A stretch of 63,890 bases of DNA, the filler included, from Octopus bimaculoides (lineage: Eukaryota), in the NCBI RefSeq assembly GCF_001194135.2. It is 6 parts of 6 records of this genome, joined end to end, with 100 filler letters (N's around TTAATTAATTAA, not from the genome) between each part and the next. Parts side by side here need not be neighbours in the genome. Positions count along the whole stretch, not along the records: positions 1 to 30,332 come from NC_068986.1; positions 30,433 to 49,984 come from NC_068987.1; 4 more parts are not named here. One strand, written 5' to 3'. Positions 29,401 through 41,069 of the stretch are shown here, piece after piece. The translations under genes were made by a program, and so were the position numbers. Each line of letters begins with the position of its first letter. Position 1 is the first letter of the stretch. The notes under the pieces were generated by a model. The model was given only the letters and a program-made list of their open reading frames with translations, had not been told where the DNA came from and did no database searches.

Positions 29401-30296
29401 TTCTCTTTGAATTTCCAATAACGTTTTAGAATGAATCATATTTATTCGAAGCTGAGTCTGGTTCAGCTCAATTCTTCTGAGTTATATTTAAAAAGAAATG
29501 AAAACTCAGTCATCCGCTGTTAAAGTTTGTATACATATTTTGAAACATCCAATATGAATGTTTATGTGTGTGTGAGCGAATGTGAGTCTTCACTTCGAAC
29601 GATCGATCTTTGACTGTGACAAGGCTTAAAGTATGTGAGCAAAGTGATTGTATTATTTTTAGCCCAGATGACATATGTAATAGAGATTTGCTGGCAATAT
29701 ATTTTGGACGTGTATATAACATCTCCTTTACGTATTACATCCTATCAAACAAGAACTTGTTTCAACGGCGAATTTTAAATTTCACTTATTCTAATCCGAT
29801 AATATATTCGCTCACTTAACCTATTTCAACCAAGAACCGACATTCACAACAGATAAAAGATTTCGTCAGAGATTTGAGCTTGCAGCTTCATTACTTAAAT
29901 GATGTAGACTATTTTATAGTAAAAATTCAGAAGCTAGTCATCTTACCTTTAATTATTAATATAGGCTTTTAATATTTTACTGCGAAAATTTGCATTCGTT
30001 CCTAAATATAAGCGAATATATTTATGTGGAATTATATATTTGCATCTCAAATCAGGATAATTTACGCCTTCCAGTAGTTATGCATATAACAAACATACTG
30101 CTTGATTTTCCAAAAGCGTTTCTGTTCGGCTATGCATGAATGACTAGAAGCAAGCAGGTACAGAAGTTTACACGTATCCACGTACATAGAGATATGCAGA
30201 AAATAAATTAATTCTCTGGAGTTGTATCTTCTAAATACCTCAAGAGACGAGTATCTATCTATCGATCTATCTATCTATCTATATATCTATCTGTCT

Positions 30297-30332
<36 letters not shown>

Positions 30333-30432
30333 NNNNNNNNNNNNNNNNNNNNNNNNNNNNNNNNNNNNNNNNNNNNTTAATTAATTAANNNNNNNNNNNN
30401 NNNNNNNNNNNNNNNNNNNNNNNNNNNNNNNN
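30333..30432. other. Artificial scaffold spacer, 44 N + TTAATTAATTAA + 44 N (also 49985-50084, 54745-54844, 58797-58896, 62515-62614)
   Basis: Identical 12-mer with stops in all six frames centred in a 100-bp gap, five times. Confidence 0.97.
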
Positions 30433-30777
30433 ACAGTAACTGCACGATAAAGTGTAGTATATTGCCACTTAAGTGTGGCTGACCCCTAGGGGTGGATGTT
30501 ACTGTTGCTTTTAGCCCCAGGAGGACATCTCCTCCAGCTGGCTTATCGACACACGACTGTGTCCTGTTTGCCAAGGGAGTTATCCCTCTCACCTCGACCA
30601 GCAGCACGAACGTATCCGGATTTCAGGGTTATTTCCCTTCGTCGGCGTTCGACAGCTGATGACCTTGGTGAGAGAGACAAAAACCTGGCAAACCTTATAT
30701 CTTCTTTTCCAGTGACATTCTTCACTGATATTGAAAAGGTGAAAACAAGCAATGTTAATTCTCTAAATGAAGTATTA

Positions 30778-30807
30778 ACAGTAACTGCACGATAAAGTGT
30801 AGTATAT
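30778..30807 (+). repeat. 30-nt exact direct repeat (other copy 30433-30462, truncated by the gap)
   Basis: acagtaactgcacgataaagtgtagtatat occurs at both positions. Confidence 0.9.
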
Positions 30808-30850
30808 ATATATATATACATATATATATATAGTAGAGAATGTGACATAT

Positions 30851-30885
<35 letters not shown>

Positions 30886-30889
30886 GAGA

Positions 30890-33310
30890 CAGAATCGTGA
30901 TGTCGTAGGAGAGAAATGTGTCTGCATGGATGATGGTNNNNNNNNNNAGACAGAATCGTGATGTCGTAGGAGAGAAATGTGTCTGCATGGATGATGGTTC
31001 ACTTGCACTAAACGAGGTTGCAAAGAGAGAGGTTTGGAGATGCCACTATGAAAAGTTGGGAGAAAGAGAGTCTGCCGAATGTCGACCAAACAGAGGGACC
31101 AGCTATCCACGTTGACAGTAAATTGGTAGATAAAGCAATTGAGAGTATGAAGACAAAGAAAGCCCCCAGCCCATCAGGAATCACTGCAGAGATGCTCAAA
31201 ATATCTGGCAGTGTCGGCTATAGCCTAGTCACCTGTATAGTTAACCAGGTGATACACGAAGGAGTCATACCCAATGACTGGTATAGCAGCACCATAGTCA
31301 ACTGCTATAAAGCTAAAGGTGACACTTTAGATACAAATAATTACAGAGGTATCAAGTTGTTGGATCAGGTACTGAAGGTCAGGGAAAGGGTCATAGCCCA
31401 ACTAATTAGGGAGAGAGTCAGCTTAGATGAGATGCAGTTTGGATTTGTGCTAGGGAAAAGCACCACTGATGCTATATTTCTGGTAAGACAGCTGCAGGAA
31501 AAATATCTTGCAAAAGATAAACCTCTGTATCTGGCTTTCGTTGACATGAAGAATGCCTTTGACAGGGTCCCCCGATCCCTTATCTGGTGGTCAATGAGGA
31601 AACTAGGAATAGAAGAATGGTTAGTAAGAGCTGTGCGAACCATGTGTGGGGACGTTGTCAGTAAAGTGAGGGTTAGCAATGAGTACAGTGAAGAATTCCA
31701 TGAAGGTTCAGTCCTCAGCCCCCTCCTATTTATCATAGTCCTCCAGGCAATAACAGAGGAATTCAAGACAGGATGCCCCTGGGAGCTCCTCTATGCTGAT
31801 GACCTTGCTCTAATTGCTGAGTCAGTATCAGAACTAGAGGAGAGGTTTCAGGTGTGGAAGTAAGGATTAGAATCAAAGGGCCTTAGAGTCAACCTAGCTA
31901 AAACCAAAGTCCTAATAATTAGGAAGGCAGGCAAACCCCAAACCCCTTCAGGTAGATGGCCCTGCTCGATCTGTATAAAAGGTGTAGTAGAAACTCTATA
32001 AGATGTACCCAGTGTAAGCTATGGACACATAAGAGGTGCAGAAATATCAAAGAAAGGCTAACTAGCAAGATATGTTTTGTATGTGGCAGATGCTCAGAAG
32101 CAATAAACACTGAAAATGTGCAGAGAACAACTTCTGCTACATTCCAGAAAGAAAAACTAGAAGTAGTTGATAGCTTCCAAGTCAGTAGCAGAGGAGGGTG
32201 TGCTGAAAGTGTAACTGCTAGAAAAAGAATAGCCTGGGCAAAGTTCAGAGAGCTCTTACTTCTGCTGGTAACAAAGGCCTCTCACTCAGTGTAAAAAGCA
32301 GACTGTATGACGCATGTGTACAAACAGCCATGCTACATGGCAGGGAAACATGGACCGTGACTGCTGAGGACATCCATAAGCTCGCAAGAAATGAAGCCAG
32401 TATGCTCTGATGGATGTGTAATGTCAGTATGCTTACTCAACAGAGTGTAAGTACCTTGAGAGAAAAGTTGGACCTAAGAAGCATCAGATGTGGTGTGCAA
32501 GAGAGACGATTGCGCTGATATGGTCATGTGGTGAGAATAGATGAGGATAGCTGTGTGAAAAAGTGCCACACCCTAGCGGTGGAGGGAACCTGTGGAAGAG
32601 GTAAACCCAGGAAGACCTGGGATGAGGTGGTGAAGCACAACATTTGAACATTAGGCCTCACCGAGGCAGTGACTTGTGACCACGACCTTTGGAAATATGC
32701 TGTGCATGAGAAGACCCGGCAAGCCAAGTGAGACCACAACCCGTGGCCTTTGCCAGGGGTGTAACCAGCCCACTTATGCGTACCTTTCCTTCATTTGATA
32801 CTAAACTCTGCTTGTGAAGACCTATTGAGGCAAGTGAAATCAAAATCAAAATCGAACCAAATTCGATGACTGGCACCCATGCCAGTGGAGCGCTAACAGC
32901 ATCATCCGAGCATGATCATTGCCAGAGCAGCTGTCTGGTTTCCGTGCCGGTGGCATGTAAAAAACACCATTTGAGCATGATCGTTACCAGCATTGCCTTA
33001 CTGGCACTTGTGCTGGTGGGATGTGAAAAAACATTCGAGCAAGGTCATTGCCAGTGCTGCTGGATTAGCTCCTGTGCAGGTGGCATGTAAAAAACACCAT
33101 TTGAACGTGGCCGTTGCCTGTACCATCTGACTGTCCCTTGTGCTGGTGGCACGTAAAAGCACCCACTACACTCTCAGAGTGGTTGGCGTAAAAACTCTGT
33201 GAGATCAGATTGGAGCCTGGTGCAGCCATCCGGTTCGCCAGTCCTCAGTCAAGTTGTCCAACCCATGCTAGCATGGAAAGCGGACGTTAAATGATGATGA
33301 TGATGATGAT
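30890..33310 (+). mobile_element. Relatively young 5'-truncated RTE-clade LINE with RT, Cys-rich insert and 3' UTR ending in (GAT)n
   Basis: 281-aa ORF 31018-31863 (KAPSPSGITAEMLK, NYRGIKLL, QFGF, AFVDMKNAFDRVP, GSVLSP, YADD at 31792-31803). Continues through stops to WYGHVVR/GKPRKTW-like motifs and a (GAT)n tail near 33291. Confidence 0.95.
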
Positions 33311-33699
33311 ATATATATAATAGCGTGCAAGCCTTCAATACAGATCTCTGAGGCAACCTACTCCAATGCATATCTTCAATGCAGCCTTGACCGATACTAC
33401 CCCAAGGGGGGGTTAGGTCTAGATCGGGATTAGTCGCTGCCTTTCAGAGGCTTCTGAGCCCCCTTTCGCTAGGTTAGCTTAGGCTTAGTTGTGATCTGAA
33501 CATTACCTCTTCTGACACAGAGGATCAGGAGCCCTTTTGGGCATTCTATTTTCCTTGCTGGAAGGGCTCCCAACCCATGGGCCAAGTAGGGTTAGATGAT
33601 GGGGGTGGTGGTTTCGAAAGGGCCAGCATGTGCAACCTAATCACATCTGCCGGTCAAACTCCCAACCCATGTATTCCCATCGCTACACTGGTGTTTGGT

Positions 33700-34135
33700 T
33701 AAGTCCTATTTGGGGTGAAAAATCAATAAAATGATTCCTTATGGGGTTTTCCATTCAATCAGGATGAAAAATCAATAAACCAATTCCTTATAGGATTTCT
33801 CGCTAAAATTGGCTACACCCCATTTTCAACCATAACTTTTACCAATTTTGATGTATTTTGTTCAAACTTGATGCCAGCGTTACTTAGGACTGATGGGATC
33901 TTTGAATGCTTTAAGTTCTCCAAAAAAACCCCCAAAAAACAATCAATGAGTGGAAACATCAATAAACCGATTCCTTATGGAATTTCCCAATCAAATTGTC
34001 TGCAACCCATTTTCAGCCAAACATTTACCAATTTCAATGGATTTCGCTCAAATTTGATGTCAGTGTTACTTAGTTTGGTTGGAAACAAAGTGCTTGATTA
34101 GCTTAATAATCCTAACTTAATCCCGGGCAACGGTA
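33700..34135. repeat. Non-autonomous repeat with internal subrepeats (possibly Helitron-like)
   Basis: Three variants of atcaataaa..gattccttat and two of cccattttca..tttaccaattt. Ends with cccgggcaacgg, resembling a Helitron-type subterminal hairpin. Confidence 0.35.
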
Positions 34136-34189
34136 GTAACTTCTTAAAACCCAGAAAAATCATTACTGCAGAAACATATTGCTATGAAA

Positions 34190-34625
34190 TTGCCAAAATG
34201 AATGAAAGATTGCGACTCCAGTTCCAGACTGGTCAACAGAAGAGGAGTTCATGACAATGCTTGACCACATGTTTCACCAATGATGTTGGAACTTGAGGGA
34301 ACTTGGCTACAAAGTTCTTCCTCATTTAGCTTATTCCCCAGACCTTTCTCCTACCAACTATCACTATTTCAAGCACCTTGATGGTTTCCTGTGAAGGAAG
34401 GAATTCAAAAATCAAACCGATGCTGAAAGTGCAATCAAAGAGTTCATTAGCTCCAAAACTCCAGATTTTTATGCTACTGGAATAAACAAACTTGTAGCTC
34501 GTTGGTAAAAATGTGTTGATTGTAATGATACTGACTTTGATGAATAAAATTTTTGCATTGTTGAAATATACTGTGATGAATTTCATGTTTCAAAATGTTG
34601 CTTACTTTTTACGCAGCCTGATATT
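34190..34625 (+). mobile_element. Mariner (DD34D) transposase 3' fragment
   Basis: DNA.PHV...ELGYKVLPHLAYSPDLSPTNYHYFKHLDGFL...FYATGINKLVARW.KCVD. Confidence 0.85.
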
Positions 34626-35278
34626 TAATAATTTAATTTATTCATGATTAAGATTGGATTCTTTTATATATATATATATATATATATATTCTACTCTTCC
34701 TGAAAAAATTAACATTTAATTAATTGATTTGCTGTCACACTATCTATATATACAAAACAGCTATGATATCCTCTTCTCAAATACAGAATTCAGTCTTTTT
34801 CTGCTGTTTTAACTCCACTTGAGAATTTATCAACCACTTAGTGCTATATGATCCATGTCAAGGTGTTTACAACCAGAACTTACTGGTTAACAAAATTTAC
34901 CACCATCTACCCAGCATCACTTTGCTGTCTTGGGTCTGTATCTCATCTCTAAAAAGTTGGCTAATGACTACATACATACATGCAGCATGCATGCATACAT
35001 ACATACATTCATACATACATACATACATACATTCATACATACATACATACATATATACATATTAATGACCAAGATTTTAATGTTAATTTATAATTTGCAA
35101 GAAAACTAGCCGCATTTCAAAGCAGTTTATATAACAACAAATATGATTTACATTAACATCTTAGATATTGATTCCTGAAACATCTGTCTGCTAAAACTGA
35201 ATATAGATATCAGCAGGGAAGGCACAATGCTAAATGTGTAAGTTATATATTGATTTATAGAACTTTATATATTTTCAG

Positions 35279-35372
35279 GAAGTTCAGTTTTCAAGCAGGA
35301 AATCATTGGTAGATGAAACATTATATTCGGTCATGACAGTACCAATTTGTGATGAGATTGGCCATTTAATTA
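35279..35372 (+). CDS. PDE10A: PDE10A-like phosphodiesterase, internal coding exon A (GAF-A domain)
   Basis: Acceptor ttttcag, donor gtaagt, 94 nt (phase 0 to 1). Encodes EVQFSSRKSLVDETLYSVMTVPICDEIGHLI, resembling PDE10A SVLCLPIVTAIGDLI as recalled. Splices in frame to 47792. Confidence 0.8.
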
Positions 35373-35959
35373 GTAAGTACCAATAAAAATAGGTCATCTG
35401 CATAGAAATTGAGCCTGCCTTCAGGTATCAACGAACAAAGTTACTTGATATTTGGTGATAAGATGCATACAGAAATGAGTGGAATGAATGTTTTAATGCA
35501 CTCCCAATTCCCTTAGTTTAAAGATGAGTTCAAAGCAACCAAATTCAATAAAGCTGAATTTTAACCTGACCAGTAAAATAGATAAATTCAGCTCTAGAAG
35601 GTGAAAAGACACTTCTTATTTTTAGATTGCTGCTAATGTACCATATAGCAAAAATCTTTACTGCATTGTATTATTACCTGCTGACTGCTAGGGAAGTTTG
35701 TAGGTTACTAAGGCTATGGAGTCAGTGTAACACTATTGACACAGTACAGATCATCAGTCTTGGTGATAGTCAGGCAGTACACAATCAGCTTAAACAAGTT
35801 ACATTTCGTCTATATGGACATTTGCTTATATTTGCTAATTAAATTTTGGTTATTGGATTATTACTGTGTACTTTCATTACATATTACTTTTGTTTTAACT
35901 TGCTTATTCTTACATTTTTGTATTGTTTCTACAACTTTGAGCCTGCAATCTAACTGTAT

Positions 35960-36440
35960 ATAATAGATATTGAATGTATTACCTTTACTACCCCATCCAC
36001 CAGAAGACAGTTGTAACTGCACAACTGGGAAAAAGTGTCCTTTGGATGGAAATTACGCTCACATTAATGTGGTGTATGAGTGTCTGGCAGCTACCAGTCC
36101 CACTAACAAATTTTACATCAGATTTACTACTAATCTGATGAAACACAAAATCTCAACTCATAGACTTACTTTTCTTAATGTTAAACTAATATCTTCTCCC
36201 TCAGTTGAACATATTCACTTACCCAGTTCCCAAAATATTAGCTTTGAAAATAAATTGTCTATTCTGGCTACAACCCAACCCTACAGAGGTAACAGAAAAT
36301 TTTGTTAGCTCTGCTTCTGCAAGGCTTTAGAAATTCTCTTCATTGACAGGAAACAATTCCTTAATAAACACAATGATCAAATAAATAGCCAATTATAAAC
36401 ATAAAGTAAGATTCACATTCCAGAACTTTCTGAGAGAAAA
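35960..36440 (+). mobile_element. Penelope-like element (Neptune-type) GIY-YIG endonuclease remnant
   Basis: CNC..KKCPLDG....VVYEC......FYI.FT...K.KI.TH..TF, then C.LC..FLNKHND...H. Confidence 0.8.
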
Positions 36441-36789
36441 CAGATAACCTTACCAGATGTATTTTATGTAGAAGGAAAGGTAAAAATAAGAAAACTCTTA
36501 CCTTCAGATGAATTCAGAACAGAGTATCCAGATTCACATCACAAGGATTAGCAGAACTTGTCAGACACACCTACATGTGTACACTACCCCAAACTACAAC
36601 CCCTCTGAAATTCTCTCTACACATCTGTTCACCTCTGAATCTGTTCAGAGAAAAAGGCTGTTCAAATGTCCCACTTCTTGATGTGACATCATTTCCCCTT
36701 GCTTCTTCTCTTGATGTCACTCTTCCTCACATGCTTCTGTTCCTGATGTCTCCCTTCACTTCTCTATAAGTCATCCATCCATCTGGGTG

Positions 36790-37209
36790 GGTGACACTAT
36801 CTTTGTGATCAACACATGGTCATGGTGCTAATCTTTCCCTCTCCTTCATCAGAGGAGCTAACAACCATACAAACATCCAGTCCACTAAATATATTATTCT
36901 GAGTATTAACTGCAGTCACCATTCCTTTCTCCCATTGAGTTGTGCACTGTGAATTTGGTGGCTTCACCCACACTTTGTTTCCAATTCGGACAGATGCAGA
37001 CCCTTCCACTCCAGACTGCTGTGATGCCACCCTTTGGTATCTCCATTCATACTGGAATACAGCTCTTTGTGGAATTGACTCCCCAGCTTGTTCTACCAAA
37101 AAAACTGTTTCACAGCAGTCTGAAGTGGAAGGGTCTGCATCTGTTCAGATAGGAGCTAAAGTGTTGGTGAAGCCACCAAATGCACAGTGCACAACCCAAT
37201 GAGAGAAAG
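36790..37209 (-). mobile_element. LTR-retrotransposon integrase C-terminal fragment with an inverted duplicate
   Basis: IPQRAVFQYEWR...IGNKVWVKPPNSQCTTQWEKGMVTAVN. 36925-37023 is repeated inverted at 37111-37209. Confidence 0.5.
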
Positions 37210-37923
37210 TACAATTTCTGACCATGTGCAATCTCCAATACCAAAAGCATGGTCCATTTAACATCCATCTTTCTTCTCTCACCATACCCCAGTTTTCATT
37301 ATTTGCTACCTATCTTTCCATCCTACAAATGTCCACCATCACCATTGTTGCAATATTACATCATTCTGCATTAACTCTTGCATCTTATCCACTAAGTTAC
37401 CCACTGACATCATGTTTATATCCCGCAGCAGCTGCAACCTCACTGAGATGTGATTGGGGAATCTGGTCATAAAAGCCAGCTTCACAATCCACTCCATCAC
37501 TCCACCAGTAAATATAACTAACTCAGTTAACTTCCTTATCTTTCTTACATAGTTATCAACTTACTTGCTTATCCATCTCACTCTCCCAAGCTAGGTGTAG
37601 GCTTTAAAAGTTCCTTCCATATACACATTTTTCAGTCACTCTTTGATCTTATTGACTTTTAGCTGATCCACTTCCTCCATCTCTAAATACAGGTTCAGCA
37701 CACTTCCTTCTAAGTAAAGTGGGATATGACTAGCCATATTTTGAAGCCCTCTAACTTTGCCACGAGCTTCACCTTTTTTTATTCAGGTCACTATGTTACC
37801 TTTGCCAGAAAATAGTCTCAAAACATAATGACTAATAATGTCATATGTGAATAAATATAAGTTTGTTTTTGAAGCGCTGAAATGTATAGTAGTAAAAGTA
37901 GAAAGATATAATTTTTCAACTCA

Positions 37924-38061
37924 TAAGTACTGATAGAACAGCATATATAGGACTCCTTACAGAGCAGGAAAATCTGTCAGCAACCAGCCATGGCTGGTTG
38001 CTGACAGATTTTCCTGCTCTGTAAGGATTTTATCCTATATATGCTGTTCTATAAGTACTTA
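37924..38061. repeat. Long palindrome: perfect 74-bp core (37954-38027) with extended arms
   Basis: 37 consecutive pairs around the CCATGG centre, then a bulge, 20 pairs, one mismatch and 8 pairs. Confidence 0.95.
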
Positions 38062-38062
38062 C

Positions 38063-38463
38063 ATACTCACTTTTTCTTTTACTTGTTTCAGTCACTTGAC
38101 TGTGGCCATGCTGGAGCACCACCTTTAGTCGAGTAAATCGACCCCAGGACTTATTCTTTGTAAGCCTAGTACTTATTCTATCAGTCTCTTTTGCCGAATT
38201 GCTAAGTTACGGGGATGTAAACACACCAGCATCAGTTGTCAAGCGATGTTGGGAGGACAAACACAGACACACAAGCATATATATACACATACATATACAT
38301 ATATACGACGAGCTTCTTTCAGTTTCCATCTACCAAATCCACACACAAGGCTTTGGTCGGCCCAAGGCTATAGTAGAAGACACTTGCCCAAGGTGTCATG
38401 CAGTGGGATGAACCCGGAACCATGTGGTTAGTAAGCAAGCTACTTACCACACAGCCACTCCTA
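38063..38463 (-). mobile_element. Near full-length OK-like tRNA-derived SINE
   Basis: Minus strand begins with head gagtggctgtgtggtaagtagc...gggttcatccc, then a central (CA/TA)n tract and a tail ending tgactgaaacaagtaaaag. Confidence 0.9.
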
Positions 38464-38629
38464 TGCCATGTTGAAAAAATATATCTTTATACTTGTATTA
38501 TAATTACTAATCTTTACCCTTGTAGCCATTGTGAGTGTCGGCAGTAGAAAGGCAGGAGAGAAAAAGGAAATATATTCCAATAAATAAATAGTGAGCCAAA
38601 ATAACAGGTGGAAGGAAGGACAAAAATAA

Positions 38630-38850
38630 GAATGCTCTTACCTTGAGATGTATTCAGAATAGAGTACCAGTTTCACTTCATAGGGATTAGCGGAACTCAT
38701 TGGATATAAGTACAATACCCAAACCTCTAGCCAGAAATCCCTCCGAAATGCTTTCCACATGTCCATTTGCGTCTGAATCTGTTCTAAGAAAGAGGCTGTT
38801 CAAATTCCTCTTGCTTCCAGTCCTGATATCTCCCTTCACTCCTCCACATT
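38630..38850. repeat. Diverged direct repeat of 36490-36770 (unclassified)
   Basis: Shared blocks ctcttacctt.agatg.attcagaa.agagta and ctgaatctgttc..a.aaa.aggctgttcaaat. Confidence 0.55.
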
Positions 38851-41069
38851 ACATATTTTTTATTTTATTTTATTTTGTTATCTTTCCTCATATCTTCTAT
38901 TTTAGCTGAATTGTATTGCATTCCGTTTTCCTGGAGTTATCTTATATTCCACCATTTTATTTATTCTTATACTTTTAGCTACCTTTATTTCATTTTATTC
39001 CATTTACTTTATTTTAAACTTCATTTAACCCTTTCTTTCCTTTCCCTTTTCCTCTTTTCTTTCCCCTTTGCCTTATTTGTTTTTATTATTCTTTTTTACT
39101 TCTGATGTTACCCTTATTTTAATGGACATAACCACTAAAAGTACCCCTAATAATACCCTCCTGCTTATATTAAATTACTTTTTTACAACTGAAATTTGAA
39201 ATGGGAAAATGATTAAGAAAGTGCAATTTATATGGAGTAGCTTTGCATTAAAGATTGGAATCTTCAATTTCCTGTAATTCAGACAGCTTCATGGTCCCAG
39301 CAGACAAAATGGAAAAGATGTTACCCACAGGATGGTGAAGGAGATGTGCTGGAACAGCCACTCTGACTCATGGGGCTCACACTTGCAGATAACTATCTCC
39401 ACCCTGATAATGGTAAGCAGGGTTATGGTCTAGGCGCCTCCACTGCTACAATCTTGATCATAAACCTATCGGAGAGTAACTGATACCTAGACAGTTTGCT
39501 TTTCTCTGCCAGACAAGCAGCAGAGCCTCGGCTGTTAGCTGAACACACCAAGTTGCCACTGGAGAAGGTGTCACAGCAGGTGGATTCCCAGATGAGGGGT
39601 CTACCACCATGGAACAGAAAAATTGTCTTACAATCAGGCCTTAGTCTAGCCTTCTGGTTTCAGCTGGGAAGGGAAGCCTGCAGCATCTAGGCCTTGCTTT
39701 ATGGTTTTGTTAAGGGCAGCAGTGGGTGGAGGCTAAAAGAATTTACAGTGAATCTACAGCAGCAATCATAAGGCTCCCAGATCAGGAGGCCAAACCTCAG
39801 GGAAACGCTGATGCGCAAACAGTTGCTATCAAACTGAGTGCCAACTGTGAGTGATGGCACTGCATTGAGCCAAGGTCTGCTGTGAGGCTTGCAGCTGGTA
39901 CTGGTCAAGTTGGCACACTAACTCATCTAAGATCATGCTACATTTCTTTTAAGAGGCACGGGTATCCACAGAGGAGGAAGAGAGATGGATGTCAGCAGAG
40001 TGCTGGCTGAGCTGGCCCCATGTTGTGTAGGCCATCTCACAATATTTTAATTGTTTAATGTCATTCTTATTCACTCATCCTCATTTCATCTTTCTTTTCT
40101 TCTTTATATCTTATTTCTTCATAACTTTATTTCACCTTTGCTAATAACAGCATTTCACATGCAGTTACAAGTATAGATCATGCCAATGGGTTATTGTTTT
40201 ATTTCTATGTATGTGCAATTGACTAGTATATATACCTACAGACCTACATTCATGTCAACCTTGCCTTTTCATCATCCCTGGTGCCTAGACATTATTTCTA
40301 AGACCACAGAAAAATACATGCTGATTGATAAAACTTCTATTAATTCCTAGTTGACTCCTTCAACCCATTCCCTGTCCCTATGGCTTCACCTTTTCTACCT
40401 CCTCTTGCTTTCCTTCATTTTTATCTCCTTTCACTTCTTACCTTCTACCCCACCTCATGAACCATAGCTTTTATATGCCACCACAATTCCTTTATTTTTC
40501 TCTGGCATATACTTAAATTCCTGTTATCGCTCTTCTCCCCAATCACACAATTTTGATATATATTACCTACATCTACTCATTCATTTAGTTGACCTCTCAT
40601 CTTCCTCTGATACAGTTCAATGTATCTCATATGTTTTGTTTTGTTTTTTTTCTCTTCCCTACACAATTATTCTCTCTACTTATTTTCCCTCTCTATAAGT
40701 AGTAGGTGAGCTGTTTTGATATAAACACTTAAGACTATATATAAAGAGTGAATTCTGAAATGTCTTAACTGAAGCAGATAAGTAGCAGAAGAATTCCTTT
40801 TCTTTTTCTTTCTTGCAAAATGATCTGAAATGTGCATATTAAATGCATTCAAAATATTATTATTTGGTTCGACTTTATATATATCTATATGTTTGTGCAT
40901 GTGTGCATGCATGTATGTATGTTTTTTCATTGAGATTTATTTTAAGTTCTTCTTAAGAGAGTTGAAGATGGTCACTAACAAAGTAACAAGAATTTTTGAG
41001 TCAAATGGTTGAGTTGGTGTGTTGGCTGAGCTGTTGATGCACACATTTGGGTGCGTGCATCTATTCACC

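Noticed and set aside
30377-30388. TTAATTAATTAA repeated five times across the window
   Set aside because: Always centred in exactly 44+44 N with six-frame stops; an assembly linker, not biology.
30890-30996. Tandem duplication of about 48 bp on either side of a short N gap
   Set aside because: Typical unmerged contig overlap.
35627-35842. ORF LLLMYHIAKIF...VCRLLRLW after an AG, with a vague F-box look
   Set aside because: No convincing motif, and no room for it in the collinear PDE10 alignment.
38660-38700. CTATGAAGTGAAAC hammerhead-like word on the minus strand
   Set aside because: No stem II and a broken core.
39270-40020. GC-richer patch suggesting coding or DIRS-like sequence
   Set aside because: I could not recognise any motif in six frames; left unassigned.
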